A model generated the notes under the pieces. That model was given only the letters and a program-made list of their open reading frames with translations, did not search any database and was not told the origin of the DNA. Positions 28,464-39,316 of a stretch of DNA of 51,087 nt are shown piece after piece (position 1 is the first letter of the stretch; every line of letters begins with the position of its first letter). Origin of the DNA: Squatina squatina. Lineage: Eukaryota. Position numbers and translations under genes: made by a program. Location of the stretch: contig JARFOE010000013.1 of assembly GCA_031763465.1 (NCBI GenBank), positions 9,026,395 through 9,077,481 on the forward strand, given 5' to 3'.

Positions 28464-29061
28464 GACATTAAACAAACACTTTGTGTCTGTCTTCATAGTA
28501 AAGGACACAAAAAACATTCCGGAAATAATGAGGAACCAAGGGTCCAAAAAGCATGAGGAACTTAAGGAAATCATTGTAACTAAAGACATAGTACTGGTGA
28601 AATTAATGGAACTAAGTGGAGACAGATCCCCTGGACCTGATGACCTGCATCCTAGAGTTTTAAAAGAGGTAGCTGCAGAGATAGTGGATGCTCTGGTATT
28701 AATCTTCCAGAATTCCTTAGATTCTAGTACAGTCCATAAGGATTGGAAGGTAGCAAACATAACCCCAGTAATTGAGAAAAGAGGCAGAGAAAAAAATGGG
28801 GAACTATAGGCCAGTTAGCCTAACATCAGTCGTAGGCAAAATACTAGAATCTATTATGAGGGACGTGGTAACAGGGCATTTAGACAATCCTAATATGGTT
28901 AGGCAGAGTCAACATAGTTTTATGAAATGGAAATTGTGTTTGACAAACCAGTTGGAGTTTTTCAAAGATCTAACTAGTAGAATAGATAAGAGGGAACCAG
29001 TGGATGTGGTGTATTAGGATTTTCAAAAAGCATTCGTTAAGGTGCCACACAAGAGGTTCTA
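28464..29061 (+). mobile_element. CR1 ORF2 fragment
   Basis: LNKHFVSVF...SPGPDDLHPRVLKEVAAEIVDAL...DWKVANITP, NYRPVSLTSVVGKILESI, DVVY*DFQKAF. Confidence 0.92.
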
Positions 29062-29261
29062 NNNNNNNNNNNNNNNNNNNNNNNNNNNNNNNNNNNNNNN
29101 NNNNNNNNNNNNNNNNNNNNNNNNNNNNNNNNNNNNNNNNNNNNNNNNNNNNNNNNNNNNNATACAAATGCAAGTCTCTCTTTCTTTGAGTTTCCTTCAG
29201 TACTTAAACATGCAATGTTCAACCCCAGGTTCGTATTTATATATATAGAGAGAGAGAGAGA

Positions 29262-29592
29262 GAATGTTTCCGCTTGTGGGAGAATACAAACTTAGAGTCC
29301 ATAACTACAAGACAGTTACTAATAAATTCAATGGGAAAATAGGAGGAACATCTTTACTCAGGGAGTGGTTAGAATATGGAACTTGCTACCACAGGACGTG
29401 GTCGAGGCAAATAGCTTAGATACTTTCAAAAGGAAGCTAGACAAGCACATGAGAGAAAAGGAAATAGAAAGATATGCTGAAAGGCTGAGATGGGGCAGAG
29501 GGAGTGGGAGGAGACGAGAGTGGGGTATAAACACCAGCAGACTAGTTGGGCTGAATGGCCTGTTTCTGTACTATATAGTCTATGTAATTCTA
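29262..29592 (+). mobile_element. CR1 3' end
   Basis: VVRIWNLLPQDVVEANSLDTFKRKLDKHM, then GGGCTGAATGGCCTGTTTCTG and the tail ATTCTATG. Confidence 0.85.
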
Positions 29593-29609
29593 TGTCATCT
29601 TCGCTGGAA

Positions 29610-29883
29610 ATTCAGTGTAGTACTGAGGGAGCACTGCACTGTTGGAAGTGTCATCCCTTGGATAAGATGTTATACAAGGCCCCTTCTATGTCCTGTGGAT
29701 GTTATAGATCTCTTTGCAGAATGCAAAGAACAGGGAGTTCTGGTGTCCTGGCTAATGTGCCTCCCTCAATCAATGTCACCAAGAAAAAAAAAATGACCAT
29801 TCTTCGCATGGTTATTTGTGGAATCTTGCTGTGCGAAAAGATGGCTCACACGTTTGCCTGCGTAACAACAGTCACTGCACTTC
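29610..29883 (+). mobile_element. DeuSINE (AmnSINE1/SacSINE1-like) fragment
   Basis: CAGTGTAGTACTGAGGGAGCACTGCACTGTTGGAAG...GAACAGGGAGTTC...ACAACAGTCACTGCACTTCA; paralogous to 31901-32212. Confidence 0.7.
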
Positions 29884-30391
29884 ATTCTTCTTCTTAAACA
29901 GTCTCTCGGGGTGGAGGATGACTTGCTTCCACTCCGGGTTTGTGAGTTCTGAGGTGACTAAATAGTCCTATAATGGATGCGCAGACTGTGCCACGGGTGG
30001 GGCAGCTGGTGTTTGATGGGACAGATGGGTGGGATTCTCGGGTTTCCGCGCTCTCCTTCCACCTCTATGTCAGGTGGTTTGGGACTTAGTACAAATGCAA
30101 GTCTTTTGTTTTTTGCTTTCAAAACAGAAGTCTTCAATAGATTCACATTTGTACAAATACACAGGCCTGAGGCTAAATGAGACAATGCCCTGCAGCTAGA
30201 CGGTAACTGAGGATTGCAGTCGGTTCCCGGAGTACGTTTTCCACAAAATGCACCAAAACCTTCCACTGGAAACCCAGAACAGTTAATTGCTAAAATTCCA
30301 CAGCTCGCTGCTATGTTGTTTCACATCTATCTATTTATCTATATCTATTTATCTATATCTAGCTATCTAGCTTGCTATTAAGTGGCTTAAT

Positions 30392-30486
30392 ATTTCCTAC
30401 ATTACAAGTGACTGCACCTCAATGGCTGTAAAGCGCTTTGGGACTGAGGTCATGAAAGGCGCTATAGAAATGGAAGTTCTTTCTTT
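30392..30486 (+). mobile_element. DeuSINE/L2-type 3' tail
   Basis: TTTCCTACATTACAAGTGACT...GGCTGTAAAGCGCTTTGGGAC...TGAAAGGCGCTATAGAAATG. Confidence 0.7.
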
Positions 30487-31900
30487 CAAAAAAGAAAACT
30501 TTTGAAGAAATACATTGAAATATATGTTTGGTTTCATTCGGAGCTCTTCTCCAGTGAGCAAATTCTGAAATCAACATTAATAAGGGAAGATGTTGTGAAA
30601 TTGTATTTATTACATCTAATGTGCACATTTCTATTATTTATAGTGTGAAATCCTTATGCACTTTTATTGCAAGATATCCAATGCTCTCTTTGCATTCATT
30701 TTATAAAGCTTTATTCAGATATAAAATTACATGTTCAAAATTGTTCAAGTGGATTTATTCACATTGATCAATTTTTCAGAATCAGGATCATCAGTAGGGC
30801 TTTTCTGTGTATTCTTCCAAAATTTCTTTTCTTTCCTTGGCCGTTGGCATATCAGGCCTAATACCATTTATTCGTCTTTGAACCAGAATGTTGTTCTTCA
30901 AAAAGGAAAAAAAAGTTTCAAAGTAAATAAGTTCCATAAAACTTGATTCAAGATACTACTGCATGAACTAACTGTTATGCTATGAGATGCACAATAAATT
31001 TACCATAGTTCCATTCTTAGTCAATGGCTAATGGTGAGAGTTAACAAATGATAATTCAGAGATAATTCAGATGCAAGTCCTGCATCACCTCCGACAGAAG
31101 ATCCTGGAAATGGCAGTGGAACGAGAAGGCCCCTGAAGAAGTTTCCATCTATATCTGTGCTGAGGGGTGGGGCAGATTAGCTTGATTAGAAAATCCAGGC
31201 TGATGTGTCATGCAATACTACACTGAGACCAGTCAACTCTGTAGCTGATGTTCTTTCAGATGCAGCTCATAAGAGTATTCGAATAAATTGAGTCAAATCT
31301 TCAGTCACACTTACCCAGAATTTCCTACACAATTTGTACCTCAGAAAATAATGGCTGCACATATCTTTGTTGTAATTGTTTGCTTCTAGGCACTTCCTGG
31401 AGGCATCAGTTTCCTTTAAATAAAAGTGAAGTATTCGTCACATCAGTTACCAAACTTGGTATAATAAAATGACTGCTGGAGTTTAACAATGTTCCTACCT
31501 CAAGACATGGATTAATATCTTCATCTCTTAACTTTCGCACATTTCCAGGCATTGTGAGTTATCTTTTTACAGCGCCTGGCATCAATAAAAGTTGTAATAA
31601 TATAAATCAATCTAACCAATGTGACATTTAATTAGTGCTCCTCAAAAGTTAATCGTAAATTTCATGAGAAGTACACTGAATTAAAAATGTCATTGCTGTA
31701 TCTGTTCTTGAACCAGACCTGCCCAACATGTTGGTACAGTAAACATAAACCAAGCAAAAGTTTGACTGTTAAATGGAGCATGTTATACAGGTACTCCGTT
31801 NNNNNNNNNNNNNNNNNNNNNNNNNNNNNNNNNNNNNNNNNNNNNNNNNNNNNNNNNNNNNNNNNNNNNNNNNNNNNNNNNNNNNNNNNNNNNNNNNNNN

Positions 31901-32212
31901 CTTTCAGGAGACATTAAACCGCGGCCCCGTTTGCTCTCAGGCAGACGTAAAAGATCCCATGGCACTATTTCAAAGAGCAGGGGAGTTATCCCCGGTGACC
32001 TGGCCAATATTTATCCCTCAATCAACATCACTAAAACAGATTATCTGGTCATCAGATTGCTGTTTATGGGAGCTTGCTGGGGGTGCGTAAGTTGTCTGCG
32101 CATTTCCTACATTATAATAGTGACTACACTTCAAAGAGTACTTCATTGGCTGTAAAGTGCTTTGGGACGTCCAGCGGTAGTGAAAGGCGCTAAATAAATG
32201 CAAGTCTTTTTC
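31901..32212 (+). mobile_element. DeuSINE (AmnSINE1/SacSINE1-like), well-preserved 3' portion
   Basis: GACATTAAACCGCGGCCCCG...GTAAAAGATCCCATGGCACTATTT...CCTGGCCAATATTTATCCCTCAA...L2-like tail AAATGCAAGTCTTTT. Confidence 0.8.
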
Positions 32213-32219
32213 TTCTCTG

Positions 32220-32630
32220 CGCACTGCATCTCTACTTCTTCCTGACCTCCCACATCCTTGCCCTTCATCTCTCCTCAACCTTCACCCCACTCCCTTCTGT
32301 TCTCTTCCTCATCTACCTCCTACCTCATCTTGTCCACTGCCTGTCTTCTTTCTCCGCTCTTTCCCTATCGCCGCTGCCCTCTCCATATCGCCCTATTGCC
32401 CTCTGTTCCTATTACCATTGCTCTCTCTCCCTATTGCCACTGCCCCCTCTCCGCTCTCTCCCTATTAGCACTGTTTCTCCGCTATCTCATTGCCATTGCC
32501 CTCTCCTTTCTCCCTCCGTTGCTCTCTGCTCTCTCCTCTTTTTTGCTGCCCTCTCTCCTCTGCTCTTGCTCTTGCTCTCGCTCTCGCTCCGCTGCCCTTC
32601 TCCCTTCTCCCTTCTCTTCGCTCTCCTTAC
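32220..32630. repeat. CT-rich low-complexity tract
   Basis: Degenerate (CT)n / CTCTTG runs. Confidence 0.75.
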
Positions 32631-32654
32631 CTCCGACATCAGGACACATTAACG

Positions 32655-32879
32655 AACGACGTCACCGCCAGCCGCGCGCTCTAATACGAGCGGAACCTAA
32701 CCTGCTGGCGGGAACCTGAGATTGACATTGACAGACAACAGGGATCAACCAATGAAGCGCCAGAGACGCTGCTCCCTACCAGGACAAGCCCCGCCTCTCA
32801 CTGCTGTGGCCCAATAGCAGTGGGGCCGAGGGGGCGGGATGTCCGCCATTAAGCTCGGTGGAAGCGCAGCGCGTATACA
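32655..32879 (+). promoter_or_regulatory. CpG-rich Pol II promoter-like element
   Basis: CRE-like GACGTCA 32658-32664, CCAAT at 32749-32753 and 32811-32815, GC boxes at 32788-32796 (reverse) and 32831-32838, YY1-like CCGCCAT at 32843-32849, then ACAATGG at 32880. Confidence 0.6.
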
Positions 32880-32920
32880 ATGGCCGCTGGAAGGAGGCTA
32901 AAGCAAACAATTTTTAGGCC
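32858..32920 (+). repeat. unknown ~1.8 kb repeat family, promoter-linked copy (only the first ~60 nt before the gap)
   Basis: GTGGAAGCGCAGCGCGTATACAATGGCCGCTGGAAGGAGGCTAAAGCAAACAATTTTTAGGCC is shared with the other copies. Confidence 0.85.
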
Positions 32921-33020
32921 NNNNNNNNNNNNNNNNNNNNNNNNNNNNNNNNNNNNNNNNNNNNNNNNNNNNNNNNNNNNNNNNNNNNNNNNNNNNNNNN
33001 NNNNNNNNNNNNNNNNNNNN

Positions 33021-33250
33021 GGGGGAGAGAGACAGAGCGACTGGGGGAGAGAGAGAGCGACTGGGGGAGAGAGAGAGCGACTGGGGGAGAGAGAGAGCGA
33101 CTGGGGGAGAGAGAGAGAGAGAGACTGAGAAAAGAGAGTGACAGACAGAGAGGGGCAGACAGAGAGAGAGAGGGGCAGACAGAGAGAGAGAGTGACAGAC
33201 AGAGAGGGGCAGACAGAGAGAGAGAGAAACAGAGGTAGAGAAAGAGCGAG
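33021..33250. repeat. (GA)n-rich microsatellite with a 20-bp minisatellite
   Basis: CTGGGGGAGAGAGAGAGCGA occurs three times exactly at 33041-33100, followed by GA/GACA runs. Confidence 0.9.
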
Positions 33251-35080
33251 AGGGGTGAGGGTCCAGGTGCATGTAGTCCGTTCCTGGGGATTGGGCAACC
33301 GTCGCACTTTGGAACAACAGTGGAGGCGCAGCACATGTACAATGGCCGCTGGAAGGAGGAGGCTAAAGCAAACAACTTTTGGGCCCATGGTGAAAATTTT
33401 TTTAAAAATTTGGAAATTTGTTTAAAGCCAGAAAAATTACGGGAAAGTGATGTTGAATGTCCCGCAGTAATTTCCCGTTAAATTTTGCCAGGTGTTGCCC
33501 CCTTTTTGAAAGAGTTTATCAGGGTTATTTAAATCATGTTATGAGAGAGGGGAAAAAGTTTGTGCCCCATTTGTACCTCAGAGTCTGTGAGAGACGGAGG
33601 AAATGGCAGCAGAAATAGAGGAAACAACTTCTCCAAAACTGATCCCAACTCCTCGCCAAGGCTAAGAAAAGAAAAATTCACTGCCTTCTTAGGAAGTTTA
33701 ACCACTTTATTCACTTTCTTATTTGAGCTCTGTTTGGAATTAGAGTTTATTTTATTTTTTTGTTGCATGTTTATCGACAGTGTTGAAGAGGGAAAGAGAA
33801 ACTTGGATCAACCTCTTGTCAAATCTGCAATGAGACATGAAAGAATTTAAAGATTTTTAATTAACTTTTCACAAAAAATGTGTTAAACACACTTTTTCCC
33901 CCTAAGTTTCAAATATGACTTTGGAAGAAACAAGCAAAAATTAATTTCCCCTCATCTAAACAAGTTTTATCCAAATGCTTTTAAAAGAGACTCTGAAATG
34001 CTTAAAACGTTTCAAAATTGAAATTTCTCAATATTTGATTGAGCGATCAAGTGAAATGAGTAGCTGTACACAAACATACAACCATGCTGTTGAGGAGGAG
34101 GTAGGGTATAGGAGGATTAGTAGGAGTTATATATTATATTTAACAAGTCAATAAAAGTATTAAGACATTGAGGATGAGAACCAAAAGGGGAAAACACAAC
34201 CCATTTTATTTTGTCTGTTGTTTTATAGTCCAAACAAGTCCTAAGAATAATACAAATATAGATTTCCTCTTAAATGTTTACTGGAGTATTAATAGAAACA
34301 AGAGTTGTGTAATGATGTATAAAAATTGCAGGAAGAAACCACTTTGTTTATTGAGATGTAGAAAATACTTGATTAAACTGATAATGTACAATTTCGATTT
34401 GGTATAAACATTTGAAATAGGAGATTAAAAATTGAATGTACAATGAAGCTTCTTTCCTGCCTTTTAATTGCGAGGTACCGAATATAATGACACTTTTCAT
34501 GGTAAGAGCAGGGATTAATATTATGGAGAATGTTCGAGAGAAAAATAGTAGAAGCAAAATTTGTAAATTAACATCTTTACATCACCATATTAATAAACAT
34601 TTCCAAGTCAGTCTGATTGGTTCTCCTGTCCAGGAAGAAAGATGAATGTTTATTTCTGTTAAATCATAGCTTTTCCTGCTTTTTGAAAAATTCTGTAACG
34701 CAAATTGTGTATGTGTTTTTCTGCACTTGTGAATAAGTGGTGCAATTCTCACATGTTACATGGGTGTGCAGGTTCAAGAAAACAACATTTATTAATGGAA
34801 GTGATTGACGTTGAGAATTCGGATACCTGTTTTTGTTCAATTGCTCAATTCTTTTTAATACTGTGAACTGAAGAACTACAGCACTTTTTTGTTGGTTGTC
34901 TGGTTACATTGTGATTCATATTCTAAATACTTATGGGGACATACAGCACGTCCCCATAGGAAAGCCACTGTTCCTGCTGTGACATGAGGGATGGGCTAAT
35001 ACGTTGAAACTTTAAAATTAATACAAATTGCATGAATAGTTATGCCTCTTTCAGCTCACCTTGGGCTTTTGGATTGTTTG
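33250..35080 (+). repeat. unknown ~1.8 kb repeat family, copy A (longest)
   Basis: Colinear similarity to copies at 35390, 38605, 39505, 40997, 43490, 45097 (inverted) and 46134. Confidence 0.9.
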
Positions 35081-35251
35081 TTGATAAGTCACCAGGGCCA
35101 GATGGATTGTTTCCAAGTCTATTGAAGGAAGCCAGGGAGGAAATAGTGGAGGCTCTGAGGATCATTTTCCAATTCTCACTAGATACAGGAGAGGTACCGG
35201 AGGATTGGAGGACTGCAAACGTAGTACCATTGTTTAAAAAGGGTACGAGGG
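35081..35251 (+). mobile_element. CR1 ORF2 fragment
   Basis: VDKSPGPDGLFPSLLKEAREEIVEALRIIFQFSLDTGEVPEDWRTANVVPLFKKG. Confidence 0.9.
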
Positions 35252-35389
35252 NNNNNNNNNNNNNNNNNNNNNNNNNNNNNNNNNNNNNNNNNNNNNNNNN
35301 NNNNNNNNNNNNNNNNNNNNNNNNNNNNNNNNNNNNNNNNNNNNNNNNNNNCCCAGCCTCATAGAGCACCCAGTCTGTCAAAGCTTAGC

Positions 35390-35902
35390 AGATGTACAAT
35401 GGCCGCTGGAAGGAGGCTAAAGTAAACAAGTCTTAGGTCCCCAGTGAAACAAAAATGAGAATTTTTTCAAAATTCAGTAAATTGTTTAAAACCAGAAAAG
35501 ATTAGAGGAAAGTGATGTTGAATGTCCAGTAAGATCCAGTGAAATTTTGCCGGATGTTGTCCGCTTTTTGAAAGAGTCCATCATGATTATTTAAATCATT
35601 TTAGGAGAGAGGGGAAAATGTTTGTGCTCCTGCTTGTACCTCAGAATCTGTGAGAGATGCAGGTATTGACAGCAGAGAACGAGGAAACAACTTCTCCAAA
35701 ACTGATCCCAACTCATCGCCAAGGCTGGGATATAGATATCCTCACCGCCTTCTTTAAACTTTTAACCACTTTATTTACTTTCTTATTTGAGCTCCTTTTG
35801 GAATTAGAGTTTATTTTAATGGTTTTTTATGTTGTATGTTTAACGAGAGTGTTGAAGAGGGAAAGAGAAACTTGGAGCACCTTCTTCTGTCAAAGCTGCA
35901 AC
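35390..35902 (+). repeat. unknown repeat family, copy B (partial)
   Basis: ATGTACAATGGCCGCTGGAAGG through GTCAAAGCTGCAAC, then a gap. Confidence 0.9.
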
Positions 35903-36616
35903 NNNNNNNNNNNNNNNNNNNNNNNNNNNNNNNNNNNNNNNNNNNNNNNNNNNNNNNNNNNNNNNNNNNNNNNNNNNNNNNNNNNNNNNNNNNNNNNNNN
36001 NNAATATCACACCAGATGTGATGGCCATGGAATGGCATGGTGAAATATAGTTTGTAATTTTGGCTTCTTATGGAGGGTGAGTTCGTTACTACCAAGCCCC
36101 ATAAAGGCTGTTACTCACCATCCCCATTACATTAATTTTAATTAATGACAAAAGTACTTTTTGAAAGAATAAAACAATGAAGAGAACAATAGTTAAGAAA
36201 ACAATAAAAAGAAAAATAACAAGGAAAATGCGACAACATAACATGGTGCATGATAACGTGAACGTGCTGACAGAATAGATTTCTTAATTCACTTATAATC
36301 ACAAATCATCAGGTTTACTGGCAGTGACCCAGTAGCAGTTTATTGTGACAGGCTCGTTTATAAAATAGTGACTTGTGTGTCTGTACAAAAAGAGTTAGAA
36401 TATGATACTTTTAATGAGAGACAGAATTCGCCACAGGAGTGACACTGATGAAGTACACTGATGGACAGGTTTCTTGAACTTCTAATTTTAAAAAAAATAA
36501 CAAGGTTAAGCAATACTGATGTGATACTAGAGGTCACTTGTTACTGTTAGATATATGTATATTTATACAGATATTTCCTGATAGTACAAGATAATTCTAG
36601 CATAAAATGATGCTGT

Positions 36617-36882
36617 CTAATAATGAGAATATGATTGCTTAACACAGTGTATGGCATAACTTTGTCCAACAGAGGCAGTGGGCTGGATTCTGTGGTCAGC
36701 AGCGAAGTGACGACTCTTGCCGCTGACCTCGAAGAAAGCTGTCCACAAAATTTTAGCAGACTCTGTGGCATCGATTTCATCTTTTCCGATGTTAATTTCA
36801 TTCTCACGCCATCTATGGGGATCGCTGGCGCCAGCAACAGTAATACCATCAAGCAGGCTAAACAGCCAATCAAATTGAAGAA
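36617..36882 (-). CDS. unidentified candidate terminal coding exon
   Basis: Acceptor-like TTTGCTTTCTGTAAG| (alternative GGCTGTTTAG|), open frame ILQFDWLFSLLDGITVAGASDPHRWRENEINIGKDEIDATESAKILWTAFFEVSGK...SHY* with RNY-rich codons, and AT-rich UTR-like downstream sequence containing ATTAAA. Confidence 0.35.
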
Positions 36883-37599
36883 TTCTTACAGAAAGCAAAC
36901 CAGGAAGTAACAAGCAAGTTTTAACATTCACTTCTTATAATTTTTCAGAAAGCGCAATAAAGATTGGGACGTACAAATGGGATTAAGGTAGATGCTGAAA
37001 TATTATAAACTGAAAAAAAAAGTTATCTTAAAAATCTATGGAATTTTTATCATGGAATGGGGAAAATGACATTCCACACTTATAAAATTTCCGCATTTAA
37101 ATGCGTATGTGTGGATTCCAGAAGTTCCTATCAGTTTTACACAATAATGATGGTTTCGCCGCCATTACAACTGCAAATTCTGTGCCATTAAAGAATGGAA
37201 AAACTAGAAATTCGATCGCACCAGAAAACAGGAGTGCAGGGAGTGCGATTCAAGCTCTTGTTTGCCTGGTCCTAGCCAGCATGCTAATTTGGTGCTGGGA
37301 CCTCATTACAATGTGGCGGGTGTATAACATGCACATCCAGCAATATACATTGGGTACACTGTTTGGGGGGAGGGGCGGAAATCTGGTTCAGCTGACCCCA
37401 CTTAAAGCCAGCACCTTCTAAAGGGGAGGGGCACTCTGGTTACATACAGCAAAGAAAACGACAGAATAAAAAGATGGCTGGGAAAAACACTGAAAGAGCA
37501 CCCAGTTTCTGTGATGCTAGGTGGTGAACAGCAGGAGTGAGAGCCTCTTCTCTCCCAGTGGATATAAAGCCCTCTGGACAAAACTTGCACCACCAAAGA

Positions 37600-38030
37600 A
37601 AATGGCTGAGCTAGTAAGCTCCCGGGACAGAGCTACAATGCAGGAAGAAGTTCAATGGTGTATCCAGAGTTGTTAAGGAAACAATACCTCTCTACAACAC
37701 TCTGCTCATACCTCCATGACCTTCAGCCTCACTACACATGATACTAAACTCTCCCACTTCCCTTCACTCTCTGATAATCACTGCACCACTCTCCACTGCA
37801 TCTCTTTCTCCTCATACTCACACATTCTGCACTTCCTACTCTCATCACTATTCCAACCCTCATTTCCCCACACCTCACATCTGACATGCTACAGATAAGC
37901 CATTCCACCATGACAATCACATTCTCTAATCACCTCACAAGGATCTCATTAACAATCTCTTCTTTCTTTTAGGAAAAGGTCATCTGGCTTACAATTTGCG
38001 AGAAGAGGCAGCAACTGGAGGAGGTACAAA
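37600..38030 (+). mobile_element. decayed Harbinger Myb/SANT ORF fragment with intron
   Basis: EMAELVSSR...QCRKKFN, a pyrimidine-rich intron-like stretch ending TCTTTCTTTTAG|, then EK..LAYNLREEAATGGG (MSANTD-type TGGG motif). Confidence 0.5.
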
Positions 38031-38057
38031 CTGCCTCTGCACACTTTCCCTTCTATG

Positions 38058-38355
38058 ACAACAACTTGCACTTAAATGGTGCCCTTTAACATAGTAAAAC
38101 ATTCCAAGTATTCTCAGAAAAAAATTAACACCAAGCCACATAAAGAGATATTAAGTCAGGCGACCAAAACCTATCAAAGAGATAGGTTTTAAGGCGTGTC
38201 TTAAAGGGGGAGAGAAAGGTAGAGAGGGAGAGAGGTTTAGGGAGGGAATTCTAGAGCTCAGGGCCTAGGCAGCTGCTGGCACAGCCCCCAGTGAAAATCA
38301 GGGATGTGCAAGAGACCAGGATTGGAGGAGCACTGAGATCTTGGAGGGTTGTAGG
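38058..38355 (-). mobile_element. L2-type LINE 3' end
   Basis: ACAACAACTTGCACTTAAATGG... is the reverse complement of the ATAAATGCAAGTTGTTGT-type tail; GGGAGGGAATTCTAGAGC...GGGCCTAGGCAGCTG is typical L2 C-terminal sequence. Confidence 0.6.
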
Positions 38356-38604
38356 CACCGTTCCCTGTAAGGTGTGCAGCTGTGCAGCGATCAGTAAGGT
38401 CCCGTGCGCTTAAGTGAGCTGGAGCGGGAGTAGTGGGGGTGTGGGCAGGGTCCCTGTACACAATGGCCCCGGAATTCTCACAGAAAGTCATTTGTGACCT
38501 CGGAGCCGATCAGAATCAGGACAGCATTTGCTAAGATAGGGAGCCCTGGAACCTGGCGAGTGTTGTCTCAATATCCTGTCAGTATGTTTTTCTGTGGAGA
38601 AGCA

Positions 38605-39216
38605 TACAGTGTGTTTGTTCCCAGGGACTGAGCGGCGGCCCCACTTTGGAACAACAGGTGGAGGCACAGTGCATGTACAATGGCTGCTGGAAGGAGGCTA
38701 AAGCAAAACATTTTTAGGCCTGCAGTGAAACAAAAATATGGGGAAAAAAATTTCAAAATTCAGAAAATTGTTTGGCTGGAAAAAATACAGGAAAGTGATT
38801 CTGAATGTCCCATGGTAAGTTCCAGTTATATTTTGCCAGGTGCTGTCCCCTTTATTAAAAAGTTGATCGGAGTTATTTAAACCATATTGTGAGAGAGGGG
38901 AAAAAGCTTGTGCCCCCGTTTGTCCCTCAGAAACTGTGGGACATGGAGGGAACAGCTGTAGAAAAAGGGCAAACTACTTCTCCAAATCTGATCCCAATTC
39001 ATCGCCAAGGCTCGGGATGGATAACCTCACCGCCTTCTTTGGATTGGGGAGTTTAATCACTTTATTCACTTTCTTATTTAAGCTCCATTTGGAATAAGAA
39101 TTTATTTTTTTGTTGTGTGTTTAACGACAGCGTTGAAGAGGGAAAGAGTAACTTGAAGCAACTTCTTCTGCCAAAGCTGCAACGAGACTTGAAAGAATTT
39201 AAAGATTTTTAATGAA
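38605..39216 (+). repeat. unknown repeat family, copy C (partial)
   Basis: Colinear with copy A from GTTCCCAGGGACTGAG to the gap. Confidence 0.9.
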
Positions 39217-39316
39217 NNNNNNNNNNNNNNNNNNNNNNNNNNNNNNNNNNNNNNNNNNNNNNNNNNNNNNNNNNNNNNNNNNNNNNNNNNNNNNNNNNNN
39301 NNNNNNNNNNNNNNNN

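Noticed and set aside
33041-33110. CRISPR-like short repeats
   Set aside because: Head-to-tail 20-bp minisatellite with no spacers, in a vertebrate context.
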